Below are positions 44,915 through 54,486 of a DNA stretch of 64,000 nt, piece after piece. This DNA comes from a virus (taxonomy: Duplodnaviria > Heunggongvirae > Uroviricota > Caudoviricetes). Below the pieces are notes generated by a model, which worked only from the letters and a program-made list of their open reading frames with translations, was not told the origin of the DNA and did not search any database. The translations under genes and the position numbers were made by a program. The stretch is from the IMG/VR virus record IMGVR_UViG_3300042563_001894, one strand, 5' to 3'. How positions within the stretch are numbered: position 1 is the stretch's first letter; every line of letters starts with the position of its first letter.

Positions 44915-45652
44915 ATGGAAAATATGTTTAAGTTTTACGAGGTCGGGGGAAAAGTTAGAGACGAGATTTTAGGTCTTGAATCTAAGGACGTGGATTACGT
45001 TGCAGTTCCCAACAAAAAATTGTTACAGGACTTTGATACTGCGGAATCTATGTTCTCTATGTTGGAACAATACTTAAAAGATGAGAAGTTTGAAATTTTC
45101 TTAATCACAGCAGATTGTTTTACTATCAGAGCTAAGTTCCCAAAGAACCACAAGTATAGTGGTGTTGCTGACTTTGTAATGGCTCGTAAGGAGATTGGCT
45201 ACATTCCGGGAACAAGAACACCAATCGTTAAACCGGGGACCTTATATGATGATTTGGAAAGACGTGACTTCACATTAAACGCGTTAGCGAAAGATGAGGA
45301 TGGAACAATCATTGATTACTTTGAAGGGTTAAGAGATTTGGCGGATGGTAGATTAGTTACACCATTGGAAACAAAGAAAACATTTGATGATGACCCATTA
45401 AGAATTTTGAGAGCGGTACGTTTCTCTATTACAAAAGGGTTTAGAATGGGTTACATTATGGACGACATTCAAGAATACGATTACGAATCTAAAATGGGGG
45501 TGGTTTCAACTGAAAGAATCAGGGAAGAATTGTTAAAGTGTTTCAAATATGATACATTAAAAACTTTGGAAATTTTAGATAACATTCCAAGATTAAAAAG
45601 ATACATTTTCAAAAACAATCTGTTGTGGTTAAAACCAACAATGGAACAATAA
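44915..45652 (+). CDS. PolyA-polymerase/CCA-adding-enzyme family nucleotidyltransferase, head domain only
   Basis: VGGKVRDEILGLESKDVDYV (GGxVRD...D.D) and ERRDFTLNAL (RRDFTINA motif). 245 aa, with no attached HD domain. Confidence 0.8.
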   Translation: MENMFKFYEVGGKVRDEILGLESKDVDYVAVPNKKLLQDFDTAESMFSMLEQYLKDEKFEIFLITADCFTIRAKFPKNHKYSGVADFVMARKEIGYIPGTRTPIVKPGTLYDDLERRDFTLNALAKDEDGTIIDYFEGLRDLADGRLVTPLETKKTFDDDPLRILRAVRFSITKGFRMGYIMDDIQEYDYESKMGVVSTERIREELLKCFKYDTLKTLEILDNIPRLKRYIFKNNLLWLKPTMEQ

Positions 45653-45659
45653 TATTAGT

Positions 45660-46304
45660 ATGGATAAAGAAACAAAACAAATGTTGGACGTAATGACGTT
45701 AGCATCAGAGATGATTTCCAACGGAGGACTTTATAGTATATTTGGTGGGTTGACTAAAAAACCAAAACCGGTTAATCCTTATCAGTCCTTAAATGATGGG
45801 TTTGAACTTAGACCAATTAAGTTGTTAAAGAAAGAATCTGAAAATCCAAGGATTGTTGAGTCAAAATACTCGCATCTATATAAAGATGATGTGAAGGTTT
45901 CTGATGAAATATTCCGGAAAGGTGGTTTGTGTCACGGATTTAAGGAGGGGTATTGTGGATTAATTCATTATATAAGAACAAAGGAACCTAAGAAGAGTGA
46001 TAGTGGATTTAGTTTTGGTGATTCGGTAATTATCGATACCAAAGGTAAGATTTGTTTATCTCGTACTGGTCTTGATTATCCATATCACGTTGGTGGTAAT
46101 GTGGGTTCGGTTGGTAATTACTACTATAATTTACTTACCGGCGAGAAGATTTGTTACAGACCATCTTCAGTAATTGTAGGTGTTGAATGTCTATACCTTG
46201 ACAGTAGATATAATTTTGACTATTACGAAGTTAAAATTCCTTTCGGTGTGTATAAGTTGAATAAGATTACATTAGAATTAACAAAAATTGATGAGATAAA
46301 GTAA
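45660..46304 (+). CDS. Hypothetical protein
   Basis: 214-aa ORF. Confidence 0.5.
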   Translation: MDKETKQMLDVMTLASEMISNGGLYSIFGGLTKKPKPVNPYQSLNDGFELRPIKLLKKESENPRIVESKYSHLYKDDVKVSDEIFRKGGLCHGFKEGYCGLIHYIRTKEPKKSDSGFSFGDSVIIDTKGKICLSRTGLDYPYHVGGNVGSVGNYYYNLLTGEKICYRPSSVIVGVECLYLDSRYNFDYYEVKIPFGVYKLNKITLELTKIDEIK

Positions 46305-46309
46305 AAAAA

Positions 46310-46341
46310 GTTTTTATATTAAAAAAATAGTGTTATCTTTG
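46310..46341 (+). promoter_or_regulatory. Promoter cassette copy (..AAAAAATAGTGTTATCTTTG) with the conserved leader GTAATCACAAAACATATAGAT
   Basis: TATCTTTG at 46334..46341. The downstream leader is almost identical to the copy at 49605..49625. Confidence 0.55.
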
Positions 46342-46361
46342 TAATCACAAAACATATAGAT

Positions 46362-46637
46362 ATGACAACAACAAATTATACAATCAGAATTGAGAACGAG
46401 AAGTTTGGAAAACTATTAGGTGAGACATTTGCTGACGCAATCCAATTCAAATTATTCTTGAAGATGGTTCAGGGTTGTCTTGAATTAAAAAACGATTTGA
46501 CTTTCTTCAACGGGAGTGATTTCTTAATTCACGTTCCATACAAATACTTGGTGGATTCGTTTATTGTTACATCAACATTTGAAATGTCGTTGGCTGACCA
46601 TATGAGAAGTAAAGTAGAAGCATTAGTAACTAAGTAA
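46362..46637 (+). CDS. Hypothetical protein
   Basis: 91-aa ORF, the first gene after the promoter cassette. Confidence 0.45.
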   Translation: MTTTNYTIRIENEKFGKLLGETFADAIQFKLFLKMVQGCLELKNDLTFFNGSDFLIHVPYKYLVDSFIVTSTFEMSLADHMRSKVEALVTK

Positions 46638-46646
46638 ATTTAAGTT

Positions 46647-46901
46647 ATGAGTTTAATAATTTCGCTGATTATTGTTGGGTACATAGTGTATAAGCTGTGG
46701 AAAAAGATTGTTTTAATAATTATGATTGTCGTTGCTCTTGGATTTATATTTTCCGTTAATGAAGTTAACAAAATCATTACGGGTTTAACGACAGATGATG
46801 TTAAAACAGATAGTATCGAACAGGTTGATAAAATTAATGATAATATAAATAAAGAAACATCATCGGTTAGTGATGAAGAAATTAATAAATTAGGGTTATG
46901 A
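46647..46901 (+). CDS. Small membrane protein
   Basis: 84 aa with two TM segments. Confidence 0.4.
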   Translation: MSLIISLIIVGYIVYKLWKKIVLIIMIVVALGFIFSVNEVNKIITGLTTDDVKTDSIEQVDKINDNINKETSSVSDEEINKLGL

Positions 46902-47089
46902 ATATAGATAAACTTGCTGGGGTATTTATGGTGGGGTTTTGGATTGGGATGTTAACATTTTTTATGGTGTTTCTTATGTTATGTTCAGACAAACCAACAG
47001 AGATTCAATCAAACAAAATAATTCAACCGGAGAAAAGATTAACAACAGATGGAAAAACGGTAGACACATTATACATTTATAAACAATAA
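46898..47089 (+). CDS. Small membrane protein
   Basis: 63 aa with an N-terminal hydrophobic segment. Confidence 0.4.
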   Translation: MNIDKLAGVFMVGFWIGMLTFFMVFLMLCSDKPTEIQSNKIIQPEKRLTTDGKTVDTLYIYKQ

Positions 47090-47091
47090 CA

Positions 47092-47592
47092 ATGAGTACA
47101 AATTACTACAGAATACCGAAAGCTAGTGAGGTTAGAATCAAATACCTTGACTTGGTTGAAAGAATAAATGATTTGGATATATGGAGTCCGGATAACATAA
47201 TGAATGAGTTTAGTGACATTGAAAGAGGTTTTGAGAGATGGTCTCCGTGGGATGTGTTCATTGATGGATTGAAGATTCATATTGGTAAAAGAAGTTCAGG
47301 GTGGAAATTCCTATGGAACTTTCAGGATAATAAATTCTACACTAATAAGGAAGAACTTTTTAAGTTCATCCGTTCAGGTAGAGTTGTGGACGAATATGGT
47401 GAATTACAAGACACCGAAGAGTTCATTAAGATGGCTTTGGGGTGGGGACAACCTGATGGTTATGTGTTGGATAAGAATTATATGGACGAACAAAGTAGGT
47501 TGGCTCATTATAAACCTTTCACCGATATGTCCAAGTATTATGATAAAGAAGTTGACGGACTTAGAGTATCATCAACAGCTGAGTTTTCCTAG
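47092..47592 (+). CDS. Hypothetical protein
   Basis: 166-aa ORF. Confidence 0.5.
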   Translation: MSTNYYRIPKASEVRIKYLDLVERINDLDIWSPDNIMNEFSDIERGFERWSPWDVFIDGLKIHIGKRSSGWKFLWNFQDNKFYTNKEELFKFIRSGRVVDEYGELQDTEEFIKMALGWGQPDGYVLDKNYMDEQSRLAHYKPFTDMSKYYDKEVDGLRVSSTAEFS

Positions 47593-47647
47593 TTCTCTTT
47601 AAAGATAGGATGGTGGAGTCGCCGACATTTCAGTCGGTCCAAAATTA

Positions 47648-47674
47648 ACCCTCACAATAGTGGGGGTTTTTTGT
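47648..47674 (+). terminator. Terminator ACCCTCAC-aata-GTGGGGGT plus T-run
   Basis: 8-bp stem (one G-U pair) followed by TTTTTTG. Confidence 0.7.
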
Positions 47675-47703
47675 TTTATATGATATTTATAAATAAACTG
47701 AAT

Positions 47704-48024
47704 ATGAAGGATATTATATTAACAGAAAAACAACTTGAAAAGTTGGTTACCAAAATGAAAACCATTAAAGAAGATGAAGGTCGTGGTTCATATATGGCAA
47801 AACAACAATTATATACTATTGTTAAGTTAGCTGAAAAGATGTGGGAAAAGATGGAAGAAGAAGAAAACGACCAACTTGACGATTGGATGGAAAGTAAAAT
47901 AGCTCAGGTAGAACAAAGTATTACATCTGTTGTTAGAGCATATATGTATGACGAATTGAAAGATGATGAAGAAGTTGGGGGAATGAATAAACTAGGGTTT
48001 GACGACCTGATAATAGGAAAATAA
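47704..48024 (+). CDS. Hypothetical acidic protein (start reassigned)
   Basis: MKDIILTEKQLEKL...; the A/T motif GATATTTATAAATAAAC lies at 47682..47698. Confidence 0.45.
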   Translation: MKDIILTEKQLEKLVTKMKTIKEDEGRGSYMAKQQLYTIVKLAEKMWEKMEEEENDQLDDWMESKIAQVEQSITSVVRAYMYDELKDDEEVGGMNKLGFDDLIIGK

Positions 48025-48025
48025 A

Positions 48026-48622
48026 ATGGCAGAAGATACATTAAAAGACAAATTTATGGACAACATTAAAAAAATGGATTCATCAAAAGAAACCAAAGAA
48101 GAAACTAAACCAACTGAAACAAAAACAAGTGGTGTTGAGTTATATAAATTGGATTCTAAGACAATTCAAATATTGACTGACAGAATTAAAGATGAGTATA
48201 TTGCTCATTACTATTACAGAGCGGCGGCAAATTGGTGTCAAGATAAGAATTATAAAAAGGCTGCTGAGTTTTTTAATAATGAGGCTGATGATGAATTAGT
48301 TCACGCTAAAGGGATTCAAGAGTATATGACAGATTTTAATATCATTCCGGTAATACCTCAAGCACCAACATCACATAGTTTTGATAGTTTGGTTGATATC
48401 ATTTACGGAGCGTATAAAGTTGAATTAGCTCTTATGAAAGAGTATAACAAAAATTCTCAAGATTTATTTAGTACTGATATTACTACATATGATTTCTTAA
48501 AGGCGTATAGAGAATTTCAAAAAAGTGCTGTTGTAGAATATAATGATTTAATCAACGCAATTGATTTGGTTGATAAAACAGATAAGTTCCAAGTGTTATA
48601 CTTTGAACAAACTTATTTCTAA
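48026..48622 (+). CDS. Ferritin-like (ferritin/Dps superfamily) protein with an N-terminal extension
   Basis: EYIAHYYYRAAANWCQDKNYKKAAEFFNNEADDELVHAKGIQEYM resembles the ferritin helices A/B with their Glu/His ligands. Confidence 0.6.
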   Translation: MAEDTLKDKFMDNIKKMDSSKETKEETKPTETKTSGVELYKLDSKTIQILTDRIKDEYIAHYYYRAAANWCQDKNYKKAAEFFNNEADDELVHAKGIQEYMTDFNIIPVIPQAPTSHSFDSLVDIIYGAYKVELALMKEYNKNSQDLFSTDITTYDFLKAYREFQKSAVVEYNDLINAIDLVDKTDKFQVLYFEQTYF

Positions 48623-48623
48623 A

Positions 48624-49547
48624 ATGAAAGATTTAATCAGACGTATATTAAAAGAACAAGAAGAAGAACCTGTCTTAAGTAAGAAGGAGATTTTGTTGTT
48701 TAAATTTATTAACGATAATAAGCAGAAATCAGGAACCAAAACTGAAATGATTCGACTTATTAAAGATATGTTAGGATATTTTGGTTTCCCACAAAGTGAT
48801 GCCACTATGTATTACGAAATATATACCGCTAACTTCAGACCGGACGGGGACTATAAAAGTTTAACAAAGGACAATTTCAAAGACTATAGACAATTCAAAC
48901 AAAGAAAAGTTACCAACAATACCGCCTATGAATATGCGACAGCTAAGATGCCGTTTAAAGGTTCAAACATTGAAGGACAATGGAATGTAAACAATAACAA
49001 TGATTGGTATTATGTTATTGAGTCATATGGTTGGTATCCGGTATTTTTATTTATTAATAACCAATGGTATAGAACATTAGATACCTATTCAAGTTCTACT
49101 AGAAAACAAATGAGTCAAATTGACCCGGTTAAATACGATTCAAATTTACGAGCAAATGTTATGAGTATAACTAAAGGTGAGATGGAACGTCTTATAAATG
49201 GTAGTTATAATATTGATAGAGTTAAATCTGATAGGGTAACAAGTTTTGTAACACATAAAGATAATAAGACTAATCAATCAAAATTAATTAGTGGAGGTTA
49301 TGGTGATAATGCTCATAGAGTTAATTTTATGATTAAAGATATTGAAGATGTTGATGGTAAAATTAAAATATCTGTTGAAATTCTTAAGGCAGGTAAAATG
49401 ATTGGTAGAAAAATGTCTCCGGATTCCAATTTTAAAGATGACCCCGAATTATTGAATAACATTATGAAAACTATTAAACAAGACATACTGAGAACTTATC
49501 CGACTCACTTAACGGATGATAACACGGAAATAGAATTATTAAATTAA
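48624..49547 (+). CDS. Hypothetical protein (start at the first ATG after the ferritin stop)
   Basis: MKDLIRRILKEQEEEP...; the ORF-track start at 48561 lies inside the ferritin gene. Confidence 0.5.
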   Translation: MKDLIRRILKEQEEEPVLSKKEILLFKFINDNKQKSGTKTEMIRLIKDMLGYFGFPQSDATMYYEIYTANFRPDGDYKSLTKDNFKDYRQFKQRKVTNNTAYEYATAKMPFKGSNIEGQWNVNNNNDWYYVIESYGWYPVFLFINNQWYRTLDTYSSSTRKQMSQIDPVKYDSNLRANVMSITKGEMERLINGSYNIDRVKSDRVTSFVTHKDNKTNQSKLISGGYGDNAHRVNFMIKDIEDVDGKIKISVEILKAGKMIGRKMSPDSNFKDDPELLNNIMKTIKQDILRTYPTHLTDDNTEIELLN

Positions 49548-49552
49548 AAAAG

Positions 49553-49577
49553 AGGGACATTTAGTTCCTTTTTTTTG
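49553..49577 (+). terminator. Weak hairpin AGGGAC-attta-GTTCCT plus T8
   Basis: 6-bp stem with one G-U pair followed by TTTTTTTT. Confidence 0.5.
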
Positions 49578-49604
49578 TTTATATCAAAAATAGTATTATC
49601 TTTG
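49574..49604 (+). promoter_or_regulatory. Promoter cassette copy TTTG-N19-TATCTTTG plus conserved leader
   Basis: TTTGTTTATATCAAAAATAGTATTATCTTTG followed by TACTCACAAAACAGATATACT ATG. Confidence 0.6.
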
Positions 49605-49625
49605 TACTCACAAAACAGATATACT

Positions 49626-50366
49626 ATGACAACTACCACCACATCAACGACATCAAAAGTTAGAAATTACCAAGGTTCTAACAAATTTTTATTAAGTATT
49701 AAATCATCTTTGGAAAAATGGGGAAACTTAACACCTAAACAAGTGGAATTCGCTGAGAAAGCACTTAAAAGTGTTCAAACCGTTAATGTTGAAACAATGT
49801 CTGAAAACTTACAAAAGATTGCTAAGTATGATGGACCAAATAGTTTCGTCAATGAAATAAAAGGTAAGTTACTTAAATACGGAACATTGTCTGACAAACA
49901 AGTAAACGCTACGTTAACTCAAATCCAAAAGGATATTGATAAAGAGGATACTCGCAATTTCAAAATTCCTACTCCGGGTGATACGGTAACTGTTGGACGT
50001 AAAATTGGTCAACAAATGAAAGAGACTTACGGATTAGAATTTAATCCAATGGTTATTGACATTACTAAGTTGTTGGCAGTTTCTCCAAAGGCGTTCAAGT
50101 TCTCAGGAAAAATGACAACAGGAAGAAGTAAAGTTTGTAGATGTTGTGCTAAAACATTGACTGATGAGTTTTCAATGTTAACAGGTGTTGGAAAGACTTG
50201 TGCTAAACATATGAGAATCCCTTACATCACTGACATAAATCAAGCCGACAGATTCCGTGAGGATTACTTGAGAAGAGTTGAAGAGATTGGTGAAATGGAA
50301 TTTTGGGTTCCTAAATCTCAAGTTAAAAAGTGGGATGGTGAATGGGTTTTGAAATACATAATGTAA
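49626..50366 (+). CDS. Hypothetical protein (start reassigned downstream of the promoter)
   Basis: MTTTTTSTTSKVRNY...; the ORF-track start at 49575 precedes the -7 box. Confidence 0.5.
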   Translation: MTTTTTSTTSKVRNYQGSNKFLLSIKSSLEKWGNLTPKQVEFAEKALKSVQTVNVETMSENLQKIAKYDGPNSFVNEIKGKLLKYGTLSDKQVNATLTQIQKDIDKEDTRNFKIPTPGDTVTVGRKIGQQMKETYGLEFNPMVIDITKLLAVSPKAFKFSGKMTTGRSKVCRCCAKTLTDEFSMLTGVGKTCAKHMRIPYITDINQADRFREDYLRRVEEIGEMEFWVPKSQVKKWDGEWVLKYIM

Positions 50367-50367
50367 T

Positions 50368-50706
50368 ATGAACCCATATCCTAAACGATTACAACTACTT
50401 TTAAAAGAAGTTTATAAAGAGTTTCCTGAATTAAGGAGACACCCGGACTATCGTATGTATTATTTGTATTGGTCATATCCTAATGAAAGGGAATATTTTA
50501 TTGTTTTAACAAATTCAATACCTGATGATTATGGAAGTGACAATATGGTATCAATAATTAATAGTCTTGCTAAGACATTTGGATTTGTGGAGGGGGTTTT
50601 AATGAAACCGGATGATTTTGATAAATATATTAAAACCCCCATTGAAGATTCCATTAAAGAATTAAGGGGTAGTGAGTTTAAAACTTGTGGATACGAGGTT
50701 TGGTGA
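50368..50706 (+). CDS. Hypothetical protein
   Basis: 112-aa ORF. Confidence 0.45.
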   Translation: MNPYPKRLQLLLKEVYKEFPELRRHPDYRMYYLYWSYPNEREYFIVLTNSIPDDYGSDNMVSIINSLAKTFGFVEGVLMKPDDFDKYIKTPIEDSIKELRGSEFKTCGYEVW

Positions 50707-50764
50707 TTTGACTTCCGGTAAAAAATGATTATACTATACAAACAAAGAACAAAACAATTTTATT

Positions 50765-51202
50765 ATGAATATAAAGAAAGCTTTAAAAGAGAAAAACCGA
50801 TTGGTTAAAGAGATTCAAGATTTGCACGTTAGAGTGGCGACATACAACTCAGTTGAGGTTGGTAATGTTAGACCATATTCGGCTAAAGAATGTATGGAGC
50901 AAATCAACCAAAAAAGTAATGAGTTGGTGGAACTTAAAACAAACATCCACAGAGCAAATGGTCCGGTATATAATCACATTTTTAGATTATCGGAATTGAA
51001 ATCTATGATTACAAGAATCAAAAACTTGGATTGTAACGAAGGAAGTGTTCAAGATTACTACTCAAGAAATCGTGAGACACCATTAGTAAAAGTGACGGAA
51101 ATCTCAATTGTTGAGAGAGACGAGATGGTTAAACATATGGAAAACCAAATTGAAGAAATTCAGGATATTTTGGACAACCATAACCAAATCACCAATATAT
51201 AG
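50765..51202 (+). CDS. Hypothetical coiled-coil protein
   Basis: 145-aa ORF. Confidence 0.5.
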   Translation: MNIKKALKEKNRLVKEIQDLHVRVATYNSVEVGNVRPYSAKECMEQINQKSNELVELKTNIHRANGPVYNHIFRLSELKSMITRIKNLDCNEGSVQDYYSRNRETPLVKVTEISIVERDEMVKHMENQIEEIQDILDNHNQITNI

Positions 51203-51392
51203 TTCAGTGTCCGGGAGGGATTTAATGTAATGTAATATTGACTATCAATATTCAACATACAAACTATTAACAGAGTCCTCGACGTTTTGATGATGATTAA
51301 GTACTCAAACCTCAACACTCAGCAGTTCAAAATTAATTTGTCAAAACTTAAAACTCTTTTTAACTTACTTATTGAACTTCCAACCTGACTAT

Positions 51393-51428
51393 AAAAAAAC
51401 CCCTTGATAAATCAGGGGGTTTTGTATT
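51393..51428. terminator. Bidirectional terminator (A7-CCCCTTGAT..ATCAGGGGG-T4) between convergent genes
   Basis: Hairpin flanked by an A-run and a T-run, between 50765..51202 (+) and 51429..52130 (-). Confidence 0.75.
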
Positions 51429-52130
51429 TTAGAATTTTATTTCAAAGTTTATCGGAACGTTAACATTTTCTTCGTAGTTTTGTTCTAAATTTAAATAAAT
51501 TTGGGAATCTGATGGATTAAATATAAAACTACCTTGACCACCTTCGTTGTTATACCAATCTACATCAGTTTCTTCTAACCAGTGATATAACATATCTTCA
51601 ATAAGTTTTGGCATATCTTCAGATGACCCGTTAATAGACATATCACCATCTAAAGACCCCTCATCACCTCCACCTTGAAATTGTACCATACCTTCACCAT
51701 TTTCACCAATCAGTTCAAATATCCTTAAAACTTCGTTATATGTTTCTTCACTATAATCTTCAGAAATTTCTTCTAAAGTTTTTGAAAACTCAAATCCGTT
51801 ACTTTCAAATTCCCATTGAGTTGCGGACGCTGTTAATGTTCTTTCAATACAATCAATTTCAAGGGTTAATTGTCCTCTAAGGTCACAATCTGTGGTAGTG
51901 TTTTCAAATAGTTCATTAGATTCAATTATTTCAGTAAGAACTTCATCAATTTTTGCGTAAGTTTCTATAGATATGTTTGTTTGTGGTGAGTGAAACTGTT
52001 CATCTTCCCAATCTAAACCACACGATTCTATATAGTATTCTTTATAAGCGGTTTCAGCTCCATATGATTGTAGATAAAACGAGAAATGTTTTAATGATTT
52101 TAATTGTTCGTCAGTTACTTGTGGTTGCAT
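51429..52130 (-). CDS. Hypothetical acidic protein
   Basis: 233 aa, D/E-rich. Confidence 0.5.
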   Translation of the reverse strand: MQPQVTDEQLKSLKHFSFYLQSYGAETAYKEYYIESCGLDWEDEQFHSPQTNISIETYAKIDEVLTEIIESNELFENTTTDCDLRGQLTLEIDCIERTLTASATQWEFESNGFEFSKTLEEISEDYSEETYNEVLRIFELIGENGEGMVQFQGGGDEGSLDGDMSINGSSEDMPKLIEDMLYHWLEETDVDWYNNEGGQGSFIFNPSDSQIYLNLEQNYEENVNVPINFEIKF

Positions 52131-52152
52131 AAATCTTTTTATTATAAATATA

Positions 52153-52503
52153 TTAATCTACATTAATGTCTAGTGTTCTTATCATCCACATAGGTTTTTC
52201 TTTGGATTCTATTGCTTGTAACCATTCACGAGGTGTTGGAACGTAATTGAAACAATCTTCTTTTATATGGTCGGTTAATATATATCGTGTATAAACAACT
52301 TTCCCATCTGAGTTGGTAAAGTGACTACCAAACCTTTGTTCTGCTTCGTGAATACCCATACTATGATGTCTGAACATTCTGTGTATTGAGTGTGGCACCC
52401 AAAGTTTGCTTTCGTCTAGCCATTCGTGAAGGAATAGATAGTCGGTGTATAGTCCGCCATATTTTTTTGCGGATGATTTTGCGTGGATTACTGAATGTGC
52501 CAT
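52153..52503 (-). CDS. Hypothetical His-rich protein
   Basis: 116 aa, MAHSVIHAKSSAKKYGG...HEAEQRFGSHF; no assignable family. Confidence 0.5.
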   Translation of the reverse strand: MAHSVIHAKSSAKKYGGLYTDYLFLHEWLDESKLWVPHSIHRMFRHHSMGIHEAEQRFGSHFTNSDGKVVYTRYILTDHIKEDCFNYVPTPREWLQAIESKEKPMWMIRTLDINVD

Positions 52504-52569
52504 AAATTTGATATTTTATTTGGTTATTAACTATTTATAATTATAATTAAAATTACCACATAGAAAAGA

Positions 52570-53088
52570 ATGAAATTAATAATAACGGAATCCAAACATA
52601 AGAGCGTCGTATTCAAATACTTTGATAAGTTTGGGGGTGAGGTAGATAATCAATTCATCAATATGTTTAAGTTGGATGATAGAACTGGTATGGTTAGTTA
52701 TGATGATGCTTACAAATACTTAATTGAGTGGAGAGGTGAGGAAGAATCAAAAGAACTTGCCAAAACTTTATTACTTCAGAATCCCCATCATATAGATGAG
52801 TATGGTGGATACGATTTCTTCTTTGAGGTGGATGACATTGACTATTGGGAATTGGATGAAAAACAACCAAATGTTGTTGTTAGTGTAAAAGTTAATGATT
52901 TGTCGGGAACAGTTACCGTTTCAAATGGTGAGAATAGAACATTAGAAGATGCGTTAAATGATGATGATTATGGGTGGGAAGTTAGTGACGAGGTTCAGTG
53001 GGGTATAAATGATTATTTCAAGGAGAACATAACATCAAAAACAGGAATTAAAGTAATATTTGATTCAGAATATATTAGTCAACAATAA
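52570..53088 (+). CDS. Hypothetical acidic protein
   Basis: 172-aa ORF. Confidence 0.5.
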   Translation: MKLIITESKHKSVVFKYFDKFGGEVDNQFINMFKLDDRTGMVSYDDAYKYLIEWRGEEESKELAKTLLLQNPHHIDEYGGYDFFFEVDDIDYWELDEKQPNVVVSVKVNDLSGTVTVSNGENRTLEDALNDDDYGWEVSDEVQWGINDYFKENITSKTGIKVIFDSEYISQQ

Positions 53089-53089
53089 T

Positions 53090-54121
53090 ATGAAGCCACA
53101 TTTACAAGAATATATAGACGAATTTAATTCCGGAGAATTTGAAGATTTACTTGGATTCTTTGGTAGTATGGAACAAATACTTAAGTTCTTCCATAAACAA
53201 AATCTATTACAATATATTGACCCTTTTGACGATAATTTAAGTGATTATCAACTAGAGATACTGAATTACTTATTAAACGTCTTAAACGATAAAGAAACAT
53301 TAAAATATTGTATAGCTCAATTAGATGATATAGAATTTAAAGATGATGGATGTTATTTAAGAATTACAGATAAAGAAGACTTAGCTGAGTTGTTTGATAA
53401 TAATGGAAGAAATTTAACTGCAAGAGATTATGTTAAAGCCATATTTGGTGAAGATAATTGGGAACATTACAGCAATACTACCGATGATGTATATAGAGAT
53501 GTTATTGAAGAGTTGAACCCCGAGAACATAGAACGATTAAAACAACATATGTTAGATGTGTTAACTAATTGGAAAATTGAGGTTGATGATAGTTCACCTG
53601 ATTTATTTAACAATTATTCTGAAGAAGGTATTTTTTATTTAACACCGGAGAATGTTGGTGATGTTATTGGTGATGAAGAATCATTTATGTATTTACTTGA
53701 TAATGATTATTTACCTGATGTAACCGGTGACTTATATAGTATTCATTCCAATGCTTATAACAATGCGTATGAAACAGAAATATATAATGACGCTATGAGT
53801 GAATTAGAAACATTCTTTGATGTGAAATCGGGTAAATGGGAATCAAGACCAACAAGTCATAATCCTGACAAACTTATTGAAACCTATATAATAAAATTTA
53901 ATCCAAACGAGGTTGTTAATTCTATTAAGAAATTTGTTGCGGATACTAGTAATTGGGGGTATTATGCGAATAACCTTGATTATGTTACTAGTTGGTTAAA
54001 TATGATGAATACTTTTATGGACAATGGTGATGAACCTTGGCTTGACTTTAGAATGCCGGATTACCCGGATAGTGGTTTAGTTGATAAATACATAAATGAA
54101 ATATTTCCTGACTACATATAA
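53090..54121 (+). CDS. Hypothetical acidic protein (start reassigned: the ORF-track start at 53060 is a TTG inside the previous gene)
   Basis: ATG at 53090 directly after the upstream TAA (MKPHLQEYIDEF...). Confidence 0.5.
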   Translation: MKPHLQEYIDEFNSGEFEDLLGFFGSMEQILKFFHKQNLLQYIDPFDDNLSDYQLEILNYLLNVLNDKETLKYCIAQLDDIEFKDDGCYLRITDKEDLAELFDNNGRNLTARDYVKAIFGEDNWEHYSNTTDDVYRDVIEELNPENIERLKQHMLDVLTNWKIEVDDSSPDLFNNYSEEGIFYLTPENVGDVIGDEESFMYLLDNDYLPDVTGDLYSIHSNAYNNAYETEIYNDAMSELETFFDVKSGKWESRPTSHNPDKLIETYIIKFNPNEVVNSIKKFVADTSNWGYYANNLDYVTSWLNMMNTFMDNGDEPWLDFRMPDYPDSGLVDKYINEIFPDYI

Positions 54122-54486
54122 TGGAAGATAGAAAAATAGAATCAATTAAAAAAAACATCGTTAAATTGTTTGATGAGGTTATGGTTATAGAAGGTCAATA
54201 TGGTATGCCTTATTCTAGTGGTGAGGATTATGCGGATTGGTCTGTTACTTATAAGATTGATAAAATTAGTCTTTGGAACGTCACACGATATAAACGTTGT
54301 CAATATGGTGGGACCATATATCTTAATCCAATTGAAATTAAGGTTGGGTTTGAAGGTGATTGGGAATATATGAAATACATCACAGATTTACCAAGTTGGA
54401 TTGAAGATGAAATTAAAGATTCAATTCTTGATGAGGTTGAAACTTGGTTTCCCAATGTTTGTGCGGATGTTGATTTTTCTTATTAA
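54121..54486 (+). CDS. Hypothetical protein
   Basis: 121-aa ORF whose ATG overlaps the upstream stop. Confidence 0.5.
   Translation: MEDRKIESIKKNIVKLFDEVMVIEGQYGMPYSSGEDYADWSVTYKIDKISLWNVTRYKRCQYGGTIYLNPIEIKVGFEGDWEYMKYITDLPSWIEDEIKDSILDEVETWFPNVCADVDFSY

Noticed and set aside
51203-51395. tRNA search in the longest non-coding region and other gaps (17385..17449, 24740..24818, 27779..27877, 36033..36136)
   Set aside because: No GTTCRANYC T-loop with a matching acceptor stem could be found by eye, so no tRNA is called. A covariance-model scan would be the decisive check.
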